Positions 9,643-19,375 of a stretch of DNA of 64,000 bases are shown piece after piece. Location of the stretch: positions 64,001 to 128,000 of the forward strand of contig JAHLWR010000003.1 in the NCBI GenBank assembly GCA_019057815.1. The letters are read 5' to 3'. The DNA comes from Candidatus Heimdallarchaeota archaeon. Lineage in GTDB: Archaea; Asgardarchaeota; Heimdallarchaeia; Heimdallarchaeales; Heimdallarchaeaceae. The notes beneath the pieces were generated by a model. It ran no database searches and was not told the DNA's origin. It worked only from the letters and a program-made list of their open reading frames with translations. Every line of letters starts with the position of its first letter. Position 1 is the stretch's first letter. Made by a program: the position numbers and the translations under genes.

Positions 9643-11769
9643 GTGATAATAATCGTAAAAGAAGAATCGATAATTATTGGAGTAGACATTCTTCCACAGA
9701 CATCGCCTTTAAGAAAAAATTACTTTGCTGTTTGTGTTTATGATGTCAAACAAGAAAAAGTGCTGATGGAGTTTGAGAGAGTTAATATTCACAAACTCCT
9801 AGGGATAACAACAAGCGCCAAAGCGCACTTGTTAGCAACTGACAATATATATGAGCTTGTATTTTCTCCCTCACAAATTCCTTTTCTTTGTACCAGACTT
9901 TTACCAGTAACAAAATTAGTTCAGGTTACAGGTTCACCTATCCACGGTTTTACTCCTCTATCACAATTAATGAGAAATCACGGAATGAAAATATCTGGAA
10001 AACTAACTCCACTAAACGCAGCAAAGGCTTGTGCTTTTTTGGCTAGTAAAAAATTAGGGTATATTATAGAACCTTTTGAAGACGAAACAAAAATAATCGT
10101 TTCTAGAACTAGATCAAAAGGAGCTGGAGGTTGGTCTCAAGCTAGATATAGTAGACTGATGGATACATCAGTAAATCAAGAAGCTAAAAAAGTTGAATTA
10201 ATTCTAAAAGAGCAGAGCTTTGATTATGATAAAAACACAGCTAAGAGCAAATATGGAGCTCAAAAAGTTATTTTTAACATATATGCTCCTTTTAATGAAG
10301 TTACAAAAGTTATCAAGAAACAAAAAGGTGAGATATGTAAAATTAATGTTGTACCTATAAACAAAGAAAGAGTAGAATTTATCCCTCTTTCTCAAGAAGT
10401 TACAGAAAAATCCAAACTTAAACGATTAATAGTAGGTATTGATCCTGGATTAACAGTTGGACTATCTATTCTAGATTTAAGAGGTAGGGTCGTAAAAATA
10501 GCCAGTTTTAGAGAGGTGAGTAGAGGTCAAATAATACGAGAAATAACCCGTTATGGGAAACCTACAATTATTTGTTGTGATGTTTATCCTTATCCCAGCT
10601 ACGTTGAAAAGATTGCAGCAACTCTAAGTGCTAGAATTTACGCACCAAAGAGTGTTATGACTGTCGCTGAAAAAAACGAAATGTCTAGAACACTTGCATT
10701 GCAACAAGGTATATCTGTTAAAAATGCACATCAACGAGATTCTTTGGCAGCTGCTTATAGTGGTTATAAAAAATATAGAGGCGAATTTGACAAAATTGAT
10801 AAAAAATTCTTTAATGATTTTAACCAAACTTTACGGGATGAAATCAAGAATATGATCGTAAAAGGCAGTTCGATTTCTGATGCTGAACAATTTATAAAAA
10901 AAGAATTAGTGGAGGAACGATTACCAATAAAAGCTCCAGCTGACATTAAAATTATCGAGAAGGAACCCACTGAAGAACAAGCTGATTCATTGATTCAAAG
11001 AATAAATTTACTCGAAGAACTCTTAGATTTTGAAAGAAGAAAAAACACTGAATTCTATTCTGAGAATAAGGAACTAGAAATAAAAATCGAATACCTTCAA
11101 GAGAAGCTTGAAGAAGGGAAAACAGATTATTTTAAACAAATATATCGAGAGAAAATAATAAGACAGAAAGATAATTTAATCTCTTCTTATAGTGAAAAAA
11201 TGAGATTATTAGAAAGAGAAATGGAGTTTTTTGCAGATAGAATAGAGGAGCTTAAACGAGTAGCTTGGTTGAGAGGAAATGAAGGCTGGACTCCACTGAA
11301 AGTAATTCGAAAGTTTTCTCAAGATGAAATTATGAAAACTGAAAAAACTTATGGTCTAGGTCCTGGGGATTCGGTCTACATCTTGGACACAACAGGTGGA
11401 GGAGGGCAAACAGTTGAACTTTTACTTTCCTACAAAATTAAAGCTGTAATAGGTAATATCGATCAATTTTCATATTATGCAAAGGAAAAATTAGTTGAAT
11501 TAAATGTCCCCATGGCTGATTCTAGTAGTGTAGAAATTGTAAGAATAGATGAGATTGCCATTATTAAGGAAGAGGATCTCAATAATATTGTAACAAAAGC
11601 TGAGAAAGATTTAGAAAAAATTCAAACAAAGAAAAAAAAGGGTTTTCTTATTAGCTTGCTTGAGGAGTACAGAGAGGAGAGACAGAAAGAATTTGAAGAA
11701 TATGACGAGTTAAAGAAGCAGAAAGAACATAGAAGGGATAAAATCGATTATACTCGTGAAAATGAATAA
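9643..11769 (+). CDS. DUF460 family protein (RNase H-like fold plus coiled coil)
   Basis: GGWSQARY, IVGIDPG.TVG, H.RD.LAAA; commonly found next to rio2 in archaea. Confidence 0.85.
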   Translation: MIIIVKEESIIIGVDILPQTSPLRKNYFAVCVYDVKQEKVLMEFERVNIHKLLGITTSAKAHLLATDNIYELVFSPSQIPFLCTRLLPVTKLVQVTGSPIHGFTPLSQLMRNHGMKISGKLTPLNAAKACAFLASKKLGYIIEPFEDETKIIVSRTRSKGAGGWSQARYSRLMDTSVNQEAKKVELILKEQSFDYDKNTAKSKYGAQKVIFNIYAPFNEVTKVIKKQKGEICKINVVPINKERVEFIPLSQEVTEKSKLKRLIVGIDPGLTVGLSILDLRGRVVKIASFREVSRGQIIREITRYGKPTIICCDVYPYPSYVEKIAATLSARIYAPKSVMTVAEKNEMSRTLALQQGISVKNAHQRDSLAAAYSGYKKYRGEFDKIDKKFFNDFNQTLRDEIKNMIVKGSSISDAEQFIKKELVEERLPIKAPADIKIIEKEPTEEQADSLIQRINLLEELLDFERRKNTEFYSENKELEIKIEYLQEKLEEGKTDYFKQIYREKIIRQKDNLISSYSEKMRLLEREMEFFADRIEELKRVAWLRGNEGWTPLKVIRKFSQDEIMKTEKTYGLGPGDSVYILDTTGGGGQTVELLLSYKIKAVIGNIDQFSYYAKEKLVELNVPMADSSSVEIVRIDEIAIIKEEDLNNIVTKAEKDLEKIQTKKKKGFLISLLEEYREERQKEFEEYDELKKQKEHRRDKIDYTRENE

Positions 11770-11792
11770 AGAAAAATGTAGAATAGGGAAGA

Positions 11793-12023
11793 TTATTCCT
11801 TAATTGAAAGTTGAACTAACAAGATGTTGTTTCCTCTAACAAATATGCTCCCATAACGAGAAACTTCTTCATCGTCTATAATCTCAACAGCTTCAGAAAG
11901 ATGGCAGTTCATATATTGGTCAAAACTCTCAAGTTTTCCTTTATACTTGACATTATCTTTTAATCTTATTATGATAAATTTTCCTAATGCTTTTTTTAAT
12001 GTACCTATCGGAAAGCTGCTCAT
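11793..12023 (-). CDS. Sm-like (Lsm) RNA-binding protein
   Basis: Sm1 G.L..FD.YMN..L and Sm2 G.IFVRGNNI. Confidence 0.93.
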   Translation of the reverse strand: MSSFPIGTLKKALGKFIIIRLKDNVKYKGKLESFDQYMNCHLSEAVEIIDDEEVSRYGSIFVRGNNILLVQLSIKE

Positions 12024-12109
12024 ATGTTACACCTTGTTCAACTAACTGAAGATATTGCCAAGTGGGATGTTTAAAAACATTTTGATGGCAAATTAGTGTT
12101 TTTGAGTTT

Positions 12110-13603
12110 TCAGTCTATATCATAAGCTTTTGCGGATTCTTCTAAATCCATTGTCTGAAGAGCACTTGTTTTTCTCTTTCTGATACTAACGAAAATAGGG
12201 TGGTTTACAGCATTACCAACAATAATAGCTTCCCCTATTCCTAAAGTTGTTATTGAATCCATTGTTTCTCTATCAATACCTTCTGAAGATCTACCAATAA
12301 AATCAAGATCATAGGGATTCACAATTCTCATTATTACGTGGGTGTTGCATTGGCTCAGTGCTGTTGTGGATAGTTTCACCGGTCTTTGACTTATCAGAAC
12401 TAGGGAAATGAAGAACTTCCTTCCTTCTCTCGCAATTGTTTCGATTATTGGTCGGGATAGTCCCATATTAATGCTTGCTTCAGGAGCGAATTGATGTGCC
12501 TCCTCTACAATTATTGTTGTTGGCGGAATCTTGCCTTTCTTTCGTAAATCAAAAAGTTGAGTGAGAAAATAGCTCATTATTAACTGTTTTTTCCTTAAAC
12601 TAGTGAAATCACTTAAATCTACTATTAATAGCTTTCCTGCTTTTATATCATCTTCTAAAGAAGGTTTCTCAACCTGACCAAAAAGTTGTGTAGATTCAAG
12701 AGTATAAAACCACCCAATTAGTGCTTCTTTACTTCTTTGATTGATATTATCATCGTTTTCTATTTTTTCAATAATATCTTTAATCAGATAACTTTTGCCC
12801 TGTTTTGTATTTGTTACGTATAATTTTCCTAAAATTCTATATAACTCTCGAACTTGGACAGCTGACATTTGAGGTTGAAATGATGCAAACTGTCCTGCTG
12901 TTAATTTATGCGTAGCAAATTGAATAAACGCGCCTGGAAAGAATTCAATTTTATCTTTGAATTCCGAGGAATCATCACTTAATCCTTTATATTCACCATG
13001 AACATCGAACAAAATTACAGCTACTCTTCCTTGCTCTTGACTCCTTGATAATAGTTCTTCCAAGATTATTGAAACTGTGTAAGATTTTCCAGCTCCTGAT
13101 ATAGCCAGTAAAGCTGTATGTTTTTGTAAAAATCTTGTTAGGTTAACTTTTACTTCTAAATTATGATGAGCAATTTTACCTAAAAACAAACCGTTTTCTG
13201 GGTCAAGCCCGAGAAATTTTGATAGAGTACCAGTATCGGGAACATATACTGTATCTCCCGGTGAAACAGGATAAAGTAAGCGTTTTATACCTATTTCTGA
13301 AAATATCCCCAAGGGTTTTGCTTGTGCAATAATATATTCCCATGAATCGACAGGAAAAATCGACGCTAATGTTTTACCGCTAGTTTCGTATGCTTTTACA
13401 GCTGAAGGGGATGAAAAATATCTGTTTGTCTTGAAAACATTTAGAACTGAAGCAATAATTTCTCCTTCTTCTGATTGAATAGTTACATACATTCCTTTCT
13501 GTAAACGGAAATCTTCTTCTGACTTTGTTAAAACAAAACTAAATTCGGATGGGTTTGGAGTTTCTTCGGCAACAATTACTGTTCCTATACTTTTTCCTTT
13601 CAT
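12110..13603 (-). CDS. herA: HerA DNA helicase/translocase
   Basis: HAS-barrel-like N-terminus, SGAGKS, FDVHGEY, EEAH, REGRKF, SQRP; adjacent to nurA. Confidence 0.9.
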   Translation of the reverse strand: MKGKSIGTVIVAEETPNPSEFSFVLTKSEEDFRLQKGMYVTIQSEEGEIIASVLNVFKTNRYFSSPSAVKAYETSGKTLASIFPVDSWEYIIAQAKPLGIFSEIGIKRLLYPVSPGDTVYVPDTGTLSKFLGLDPENGLFLGKIAHHNLEVKVNLTRFLQKHTALLAISGAGKSYTVSIILEELLSRSQEQGRVAVILFDVHGEYKGLSDDSSEFKDKIEFFPGAFIQFATHKLTAGQFASFQPQMSAVQVRELYRILGKLYVTNTKQGKSYLIKDIIEKIENDDNINQRSKEALIGWFYTLESTQLFGQVEKPSLEDDIKAGKLLIVDLSDFTSLRKKQLIMSYFLTQLFDLRKKGKIPPTTIIVEEAHQFAPEASINMGLSRPIIETIAREGRKFFISLVLISQRPVKLSTTALSQCNTHVIMRIVNPYDLDFIGRSSEGIDRETMDSITTLGIGEAIIVGNAVNHPIFVSIRKRKTSALQTMDLEESAKAYDID

Positions 13604-13607
13604 TTTT

Positions 13608-14765
13608 TCACCTTGTAAATGGAGATCTTGCTCTTCTTTTTTGGAGAGAGAAACTAGAATATCCTATTTTTGAAGCTATTTCATCTATTAAAATATCAGC
13701 ATCAACCTCTTGTAATCTGGCCCGTGCATCTGCTTCAATTATTACGCTTGGTAACCCGTACTCTGGGTTATGTTTGGATACTGAAATAACTAATGCTGAA
13801 ATTGATTGAGACAAATCTTGGGGGTTTGAAAAAAGAATGGGGAATTCTACTCTCAAAGGAGTATCATATTCAGCTGTTTTAAGATAAAAGCAGTGAATAT
13901 CGAAATCAGGCAAGTTTTTATCGAATTTCTCATTGAAGTTTGATAAGTAAAACTCAAATGTTCGCTCATTCTGGTCTAAAACTTGGAATAATAGATCTGT
14001 ATCCCGTAATTGCCTTATTATAGGACGGTAGTCTATTTCTAGAAGCTTTTCAAATTCTTTAAGTTTGCTTAAATGCGGTAATAAGTGCGACATTTTTTCA
14101 GTCAAAATAGCTGATCTTGAATCTTTCACAATCCCACATAAAGAAGTATGATGTTTTTGGCAGAGAGAATATAGTTGTCTGTATAATGTTTTAAGGTTCA
14201 GGTACTGATGAACAAGAAATTCACTGTGATTAATCACCTTATAATCAATATATGGCAAAACAGAACCATCAATAATAATAATATCTGGAAGATCCTCTTT
14301 AACCAAGGAAATTGCACATTTAATCTCTTTTTGCATTCTCCAAATCGATATTAAACTTTCAATCTCATTCTGATTTAATGGTTCAATACTGGTTACAATA
14401 TCAGGGAAAGGATTCTCTTCAGGAAAATATCTAACTACTGGGTTACTGTTAGGTAAATAATAAAAAAGAACACCAACAGCACGTATTAATGCAATATCAA
14501 AGAAATTCAACGATCGATGGATAATACCTCCATCTACACCTGCGATTTTAAGTCCTTCAATATTTGTCTCAGGACAGTTCACTACAAACGATTTATCTGT
14601 TGTTTTAAAACCAAAAGAGTCTGGAAACTCAGTTGGGTTAAGAGAATTTTTCACACTTCGAAATAAATTTTGAAACAACCTTCTATGCTCGTTGTATCTA
14701 AGTATTTGTTGAGAAATTTTGTCAATAGCACTATTTATTTTGTCCTTAAGATGCATACTCTCCAC
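13608..14765 (-). CDS. nurA: NurA nuclease
   Basis: GVDGG, IIDGS, GIVKD, P.RVE, YG.P..IIEAD..AR. Confidence 0.9.
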   Translation of the reverse strand: MESMHLKDKINSAIDKISQQILRYNEHRRLFQNLFRSVKNSLNPTEFPDSFGFKTTDKSFVVNCPETNIEGLKIAGVDGGIIHRSLNFFDIALIRAVGVLFYYLPNSNPVVRYFPEENPFPDIVTSIEPLNQNEIESLISIWRMQKEIKCAISLVKEDLPDIIIIDGSVLPYIDYKVINHSEFLVHQYLNLKTLYRQLYSLCQKHHTSLCGIVKDSRSAILTEKMSHLLPHLSKLKEFEKLLEIDYRPIIRQLRDTDLLFQVLDQNERTFEFYLSNFNEKFDKNLPDFDIHCFYLKTAEYDTPLRVEFPILFSNPQDLSQSISALVISVSKHNPEYGLPSVIIEADARARLQEVDADILIDEIASKIGYSSFSLQKRRARSPFTR

Positions 14766-14821
14766 AATCTTCGTATACAGTGTTCTAATAATAAAGACAT
14801 TTTTTTGGTATAAAAACCAGT

Positions 14822-16429
14822 TTATTTTTTCCTTGAAAGAGCTGATTTGATAAATTCAAAATATGGAGGTGAGGGATTGTTGGGTCTAGATTGAAATTCA
14901 GGGTGGTACTGTGTTGCTATGAAATAGGGATTTTCATCAATTTCTAAAGTCTCCATTCTTCTTCCATCTTCAGATTTTCCTGAGAATACAAGACCATTTT
15001 TCTCTAATAACTCAATATATTCAGGATTAACCTCGTATCTGTGTCTATGTCTTTCGAAAATTGAAGTCGATTTGTATATAGCTTCAAATCTGGATCCTGG
15101 ATTGATCAAAACCTTGTGTTTTCCTAATCTCATGGTTCCTCCTTTTCTCGTAATTGTTTTTTGTTCAGGTAGTATATCAATAACAGGATAAGGCGTATTA
15201 GGGTCAATTTCTGCAGTGTTAGCCCCTGCTAAATTGCATACATTTCTCGAATATTCTATCACAGATAATTGAAATCCATAACAAATGCCTAAAAATGGGA
15301 TTTTATTTTCTCTTGCATATTTTATTACATTTATTTTTCCTTCAATTCCTCTAGAACCAAATCCACCTGGAACTAGTATGCCATCATACTTGTTTAGTTC
15401 CTTTATTCTGTCTACATTGTCTTCAAAATCTTCAGTATCAATAAATTCAATATTAACTTGAGCATTATTATGGGCTGCACCATGTTTAAGGGCTTCTTTA
15501 ACACTAATATAAGAATCAGCTAGACGAGTATACTTCCCAGTTATTGCTATATTTATAGTATTATCTGCATGAAGGAATTTTTCGATTATTCTCTCATCTG
15601 CAGACCAATCTGCTGAAACATCTTCATATCTAAGCTTTAGGTTCAGTGTTGATCCTAAACCTTGTTTATCCAAGTAAATAGGGGATTCCAGAATGTGTTC
15701 AAGATCTGGAAGGGAAAATACTGCATTAGCGGGAACATCACAATACATGATAATTTTTTCTTTTGCTTTCTGTGTAAGATCTTTTTCTCCTCGAGCAATA
15801 ATTATATCTGGGTTCAACCCCATAGATTGAAGTTCTCTGACAGCATGTTGAGTTGGCTTTGTTTTCTGTTCATTTAAATTGGGAGGTATCATAATATATG
15901 TTAAAAGAACTAAAAGCGAATCATTACTAGACATTTCTCTTCTAAGCTGCCTAAGAGCCTCCAAAAAGGGTTGACTTTCAATGTCACCAATGGTACCCCC
16001 TATTTCAATAATAAGAACATCAAGATCTGGGTCTCTATCAGCTACTTTCTTGACACGACGTTTTATTTCATCAGTAATATGAGGAATTACCTGAACTGTC
16101 TTGCCAAGAAAATCTCCTCTTCTCTCAGCTTCAATGACATTAAGGTATACTTGACCAGTTGTGATATTTTGATCTTTTCTCATTTCTAAATTAAGCATTC
16201 TTTCATAATGGCCAAAATCAATATCAATTTCTGAACCATCAGATGTAACATAAGTTTCACCATGTTCAAAAGGGTTCATAGTGCCTGCGTCGATATTTAG
16301 GTAAGGGTCAACCTTAATTACATCAACTTTCTTACCACGAATTTGGAAATTTCTTCCTATAGCTGAGCTAACTACTCCCTTACCTAACCCTGATATTAAA
16401 GCTCCACAGACAAAGATATATTTAGGCAT
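14822..16429 (-). CDS. pyrG: CTP synthase
   Basis: SGLGKG, DPYLNIDAGTMNP.EHGE, KTKPTQH, GICYG, ERHRHRYE, HPEF. Confidence 0.98.
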   Translation of the reverse strand: MPKYIFVCGALISGLGKGVVSSAIGRNFQIRGKKVDVIKVDPYLNIDAGTMNPFEHGETYVTSDGSEIDIDFGHYERMLNLEMRKDQNITTGQVYLNVIEAERRGDFLGKTVQVIPHITDEIKRRVKKVADRDPDLDVLIIEIGGTIGDIESQPFLEALRQLRREMSSNDSLLVLLTYIMIPPNLNEQKTKPTQHAVRELQSMGLNPDIIIARGEKDLTQKAKEKIIMYCDVPANAVFSLPDLEHILESPIYLDKQGLGSTLNLKLRYEDVSADWSADERIIEKFLHADNTINIAITGKYTRLADSYISVKEALKHGAAHNNAQVNIEFIDTEDFEDNVDRIKELNKYDGILVPGGFGSRGIEGKINVIKYARENKIPFLGICYGFQLSVIEYSRNVCNLAGANTAEIDPNTPYPVIDILPEQKTITRKGGTMRLGKHKVLINPGSRFEAIYKSTSIFERHRHRYEVNPEYIELLEKNGLVFSGKSEDGRRMETLEIDENPYFIATQYHPEFQSRPNNPSPPYFEFIKSALSRKK

Positions 16430-16467
16430 ATTATTCGTTTTTCAAAGTTGAATATAAAGTTATCAGT

Positions 16468-17034
16468 TCAAATCTCATTATGTAGAATTTTAGGTTTTTT
16501 CACTAATTCTTTCCATTTTTCTACTGCATCTACCACTATTTCATACAACCATTTTTCTTCAGGAGTAAAGTTCCTAGTCTTACTAGTGATGTTTTTTCCT
16601 TTCTCTGCCATTTTTATTATTTTGGAAAGCCTTACCGTCATAAATTCTCTAATTTTCGTTTCTATTGATTGTTGTTGTCTAAACGATATCACTTTCTCTT
16701 TCTTCTGTAATTCATCAAATGTTTTGCGTGCTAAAATGTAGAAGAATTGGTCAATCTTTTGAAGGCTTATATTCTCTCTCTCTTTCCGTGTGACTTCATG
16801 TAATTCTGGAAAATCAAAATCAGATAAATCTTCAATTGTTACATAATCTTCTTTCGCTAGTACTATAGCTAGCCAATATGGCAATTTAATTTTTACTCCT
16901 TCTGTAAGCTTGATTTTTCTTTCTCCCAAATTAAATTCTTCAAGATTTTGCTTACATATAACTGTGATTTCAAGGGTCTCAAAATCGAGTTGAATTCTTT
17001 CAAGCTCATCTGATAATAGATTTTCATCTAACAT
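16468..17034 (-). CDS. GINS complex subunit (Gins23-type, B-A domain order)
   Basis: N-terminal B-domain motif LP.WLA..L, C-terminal R..KI...A and TPEE..LY; near mcm. Confidence 0.8.
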   Translation of the reverse strand: MLDENLLSDELERIQLDFETLEITVICKQNLEEFNLGERKIKLTEGVKIKLPYWLAIVLAKEDYVTIEDLSDFDFPELHEVTRKERENISLQKIDQFFYILARKTFDELQKKEKVISFRQQQSIETKIREFMTVRLSKIIKMAEKGKNITSKTRNFTPEEKWLYEIVVDAVEKWKELVKKPKILHNEI

Positions 17035-17076
17035 GTTATCAAAAATAAGACTCTGAAAATAGTTTTAAAACATTGC

Positions 17077-19335
17077 TTATTTTGTGAAAAAATCTTCTAA
17101 ACTCTTCTGAGATTGAGAATATTCGCCTGAATTCTCTTCAGATTCTTCACTAGGTAATTCTTGTAACATTTCAAGAGACTTTTTTTCACCAAATAAATGG
17201 TTGTAAATTGATTTAACTATCTCTGTACCAATACCTGGTATTTTCTGCATTTCTGTTGGATTTGTCTGTTTTATTATTTCTTGAGAAGAATAACCTTTAT
17301 TGAACAGCAATCTAGCTCTTACTCTTCCGATTCCAGGGATGGAAACAAGGTCTAGAAGTTCTTCTTTTATACCATTTATTACTCTATTATGAAGAATTTT
17401 AGTTTTTGCTGCAACTTCAGAATACCCAAGTAACTTAGCTATCTCATTTGTAGCATAAAGAAGCCATTCAGCATTTGAAACAACTGAAAATACGTCACCA
17501 CTACCTACATTATATCGGTCCAAAATGCTGTCCTCTGAAGTTTCCGTTATCCAATCTTGAATAATGAAAGCTGTTTTTAACTGACTCATAAATAGTTCAA
17601 GTTCAAAAGGCGATGAAGGAAGTTCGGTTAGAAACTCTTCGTCGTGCTTCGACATAATGTTTAAGATAGGAATTTCATCCGATTTTTTTATGCTAATAAA
17701 ACGTACATCAGGAGTTGAGCACACTAAGTGAAGTAGACTTAAATCAGTTAGAAATTCTTTTGCCATAATTTTGGAACGATTTAACCCATCTCTTATGATT
17801 ACAGCGCTTAATGGATCAATGTACAGCTGACTAGCTCGCTTCCCAAAACTTGTAGCATCTAAATAGTCAGGATCTTTAATAATCAACCCCTCTTCTTTGA
17901 GGTAGTCTATAACTTTTATTAGGATTGAAGCTAAATTATAAGTGTCCTGTTGGTAACCGTAAAATGTTTGACTAAAGAAATCATTCAGTTCTTCCAAAGA
18001 CTGAACATTTTCAGTAGCAATTTGACCTAAAACTATTCTTCTTAATGCAGGTTCAGCAGCTATGCGCGATTCTATTTCTTCAGTCTCACCAATTAAATAT
18101 CTTTGAAATAGTTTCTGTGCTTCAATTTCACTTTTTGCTATAAGAATAGCATCTCCTTCTTTATCAAACTGTGGTCTACCAGCTCTCCCAGATTGTTGTT
18201 TAAACTCTAAAACAGGGATAGGATAGCTTCCTAATGTAACATCGTATCGATAGATACTTTTTATAACAACATATCTAGCTGGTAAATTTACTCCTGAGGC
18301 AAGAGTTGGAGTACTGGTTATTATTTTGATATACCCTCTTTTGAAACTCTCCTCAATAAACCTTCTCTGTCCTAAGTTTAATCCTGCGTGATGAAAGACT
18401 GTTCCTTGTCGAATTAAACTTGCAACTTCCTTTGACTGTTTTGTTTGTTCCCCTTTTTTGATGAGTTCATTAGCTATTTCATTTAATTTTAGTCTTTCCC
18501 CCTCTTTTAAGGTACTTGAAACTCTTCGAGCTATTTTCTTAGCTATTGATTCAGTCATATTTCTTGTTGTTCCAAAAACTATTGCTTGGTGATTATTTGT
18601 GAGAATATAATTCAATAAATTGTCAAAGCTGTCTTTGTATCTCATTGGAATTGTTTTTTCGCTTCCATCAGCATAGATAATATTATTACCATAGACAACA
18701 CCTTCATTTAATTTTACAGAACGCCAATCACTAGAAACTAATTCTGCTTCGAGCCATCTTGCTATTTGATCAGCGTTTTTTATAGTTGCACTCAATGCTA
18801 TTATTTGAGTCTCTGTTATCTGACGTAGTTGAGCAATAACAACCTCTAAAGTAGGTCCTCTATTCCTATTGTTAATCAAATGAACTTCATCTACTATTAT
18901 AATACCTAATTGTCTAACCCATTTTGCTCCATGCCTGAGCTCAGAATCTATTTTTTCATTTGTTGCAATGATTACATCTGCATATTTTGCTTTTTGATCT
19001 TCTTTATCATAGTCTCCGGTTAATATAACGGTTTTTTTACCCAAAGAGTCAAAAATACGTTTGAACTCCACATATTTCTCATAAGCTAGTGCTCTTAATG
19101 GAGCTAAATAAAGTGCTTTCATACCTTTCTTTTCAATATTGTGAACACAAGCTAGAAGTGCTAAAAGCGTCTTACCTGAAGCTGTAGGAATTGCTATAAC
19201 TAAGTTATTATCTTCAAAAAGACCTTTTTTTACAGCTTCTACTTGAGGAGGATAAAGCTTTTTTATGCCCTCTTCTTTAATTAAGTCAGCAACTTTCTGA
19301 GGTATAGGTAAGTCATCAATATCCATAAATCTCAC
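17077..19335 (-). CDS. hel308: Hel308/Hjm Ski2-like DNA helicase
   Basis: PTASGKT, DEVH, SAT, HHAGL, TLASGVNLPA, GRAGRP, C-terminal HhH IPGIG..RAR. Confidence 0.93.
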   Translation of the reverse strand: MRFMDIDDLPIPQKVADLIKEEGIKKLYPPQVEAVKKGLFEDNNLVIAIPTASGKTLLALLACVHNIEKKGMKALYLAPLRALAYEKYVEFKRIFDSLGKKTVILTGDYDKEDQKAKYADVIIATNEKIDSELRHGAKWVRQLGIIIVDEVHLINNRNRGPTLEVVIAQLRQITETQIIALSATIKNADQIARWLEAELVSSDWRSVKLNEGVVYGNNIIYADGSEKTIPMRYKDSFDNLLNYILTNNHQAIVFGTTRNMTESIAKKIARRVSSTLKEGERLKLNEIANELIKKGEQTKQSKEVASLIRQGTVFHHAGLNLGQRRFIEESFKRGYIKIITSTPTLASGVNLPARYVVIKSIYRYDVTLGSYPIPVLEFKQQSGRAGRPQFDKEGDAILIAKSEIEAQKLFQRYLIGETEEIESRIAAEPALRRIVLGQIATENVQSLEELNDFFSQTFYGYQQDTYNLASILIKVIDYLKEEGLIIKDPDYLDATSFGKRASQLYIDPLSAVIIRDGLNRSKIMAKEFLTDLSLLHLVCSTPDVRFISIKKSDEIPILNIMSKHDEEFLTELPSSPFELELFMSQLKTAFIIQDWITETSEDSILDRYNVGSGDVFSVVSNAEWLLYATNEIAKLLGYSEVAAKTKILHNRVINGIKEELLDLVSIPGIGRVRARLLFNKGYSSQEIIKQTNPTEMQKIPGIGTEIVKSIYNHLFGEKKSLEMLQELPSEESEENSGEYSQSQKSLEDFFTK

Positions 19336-19375
19336 TGTTTTTTTGAAACTACTAATGTAAGGATTTCAGAATGTT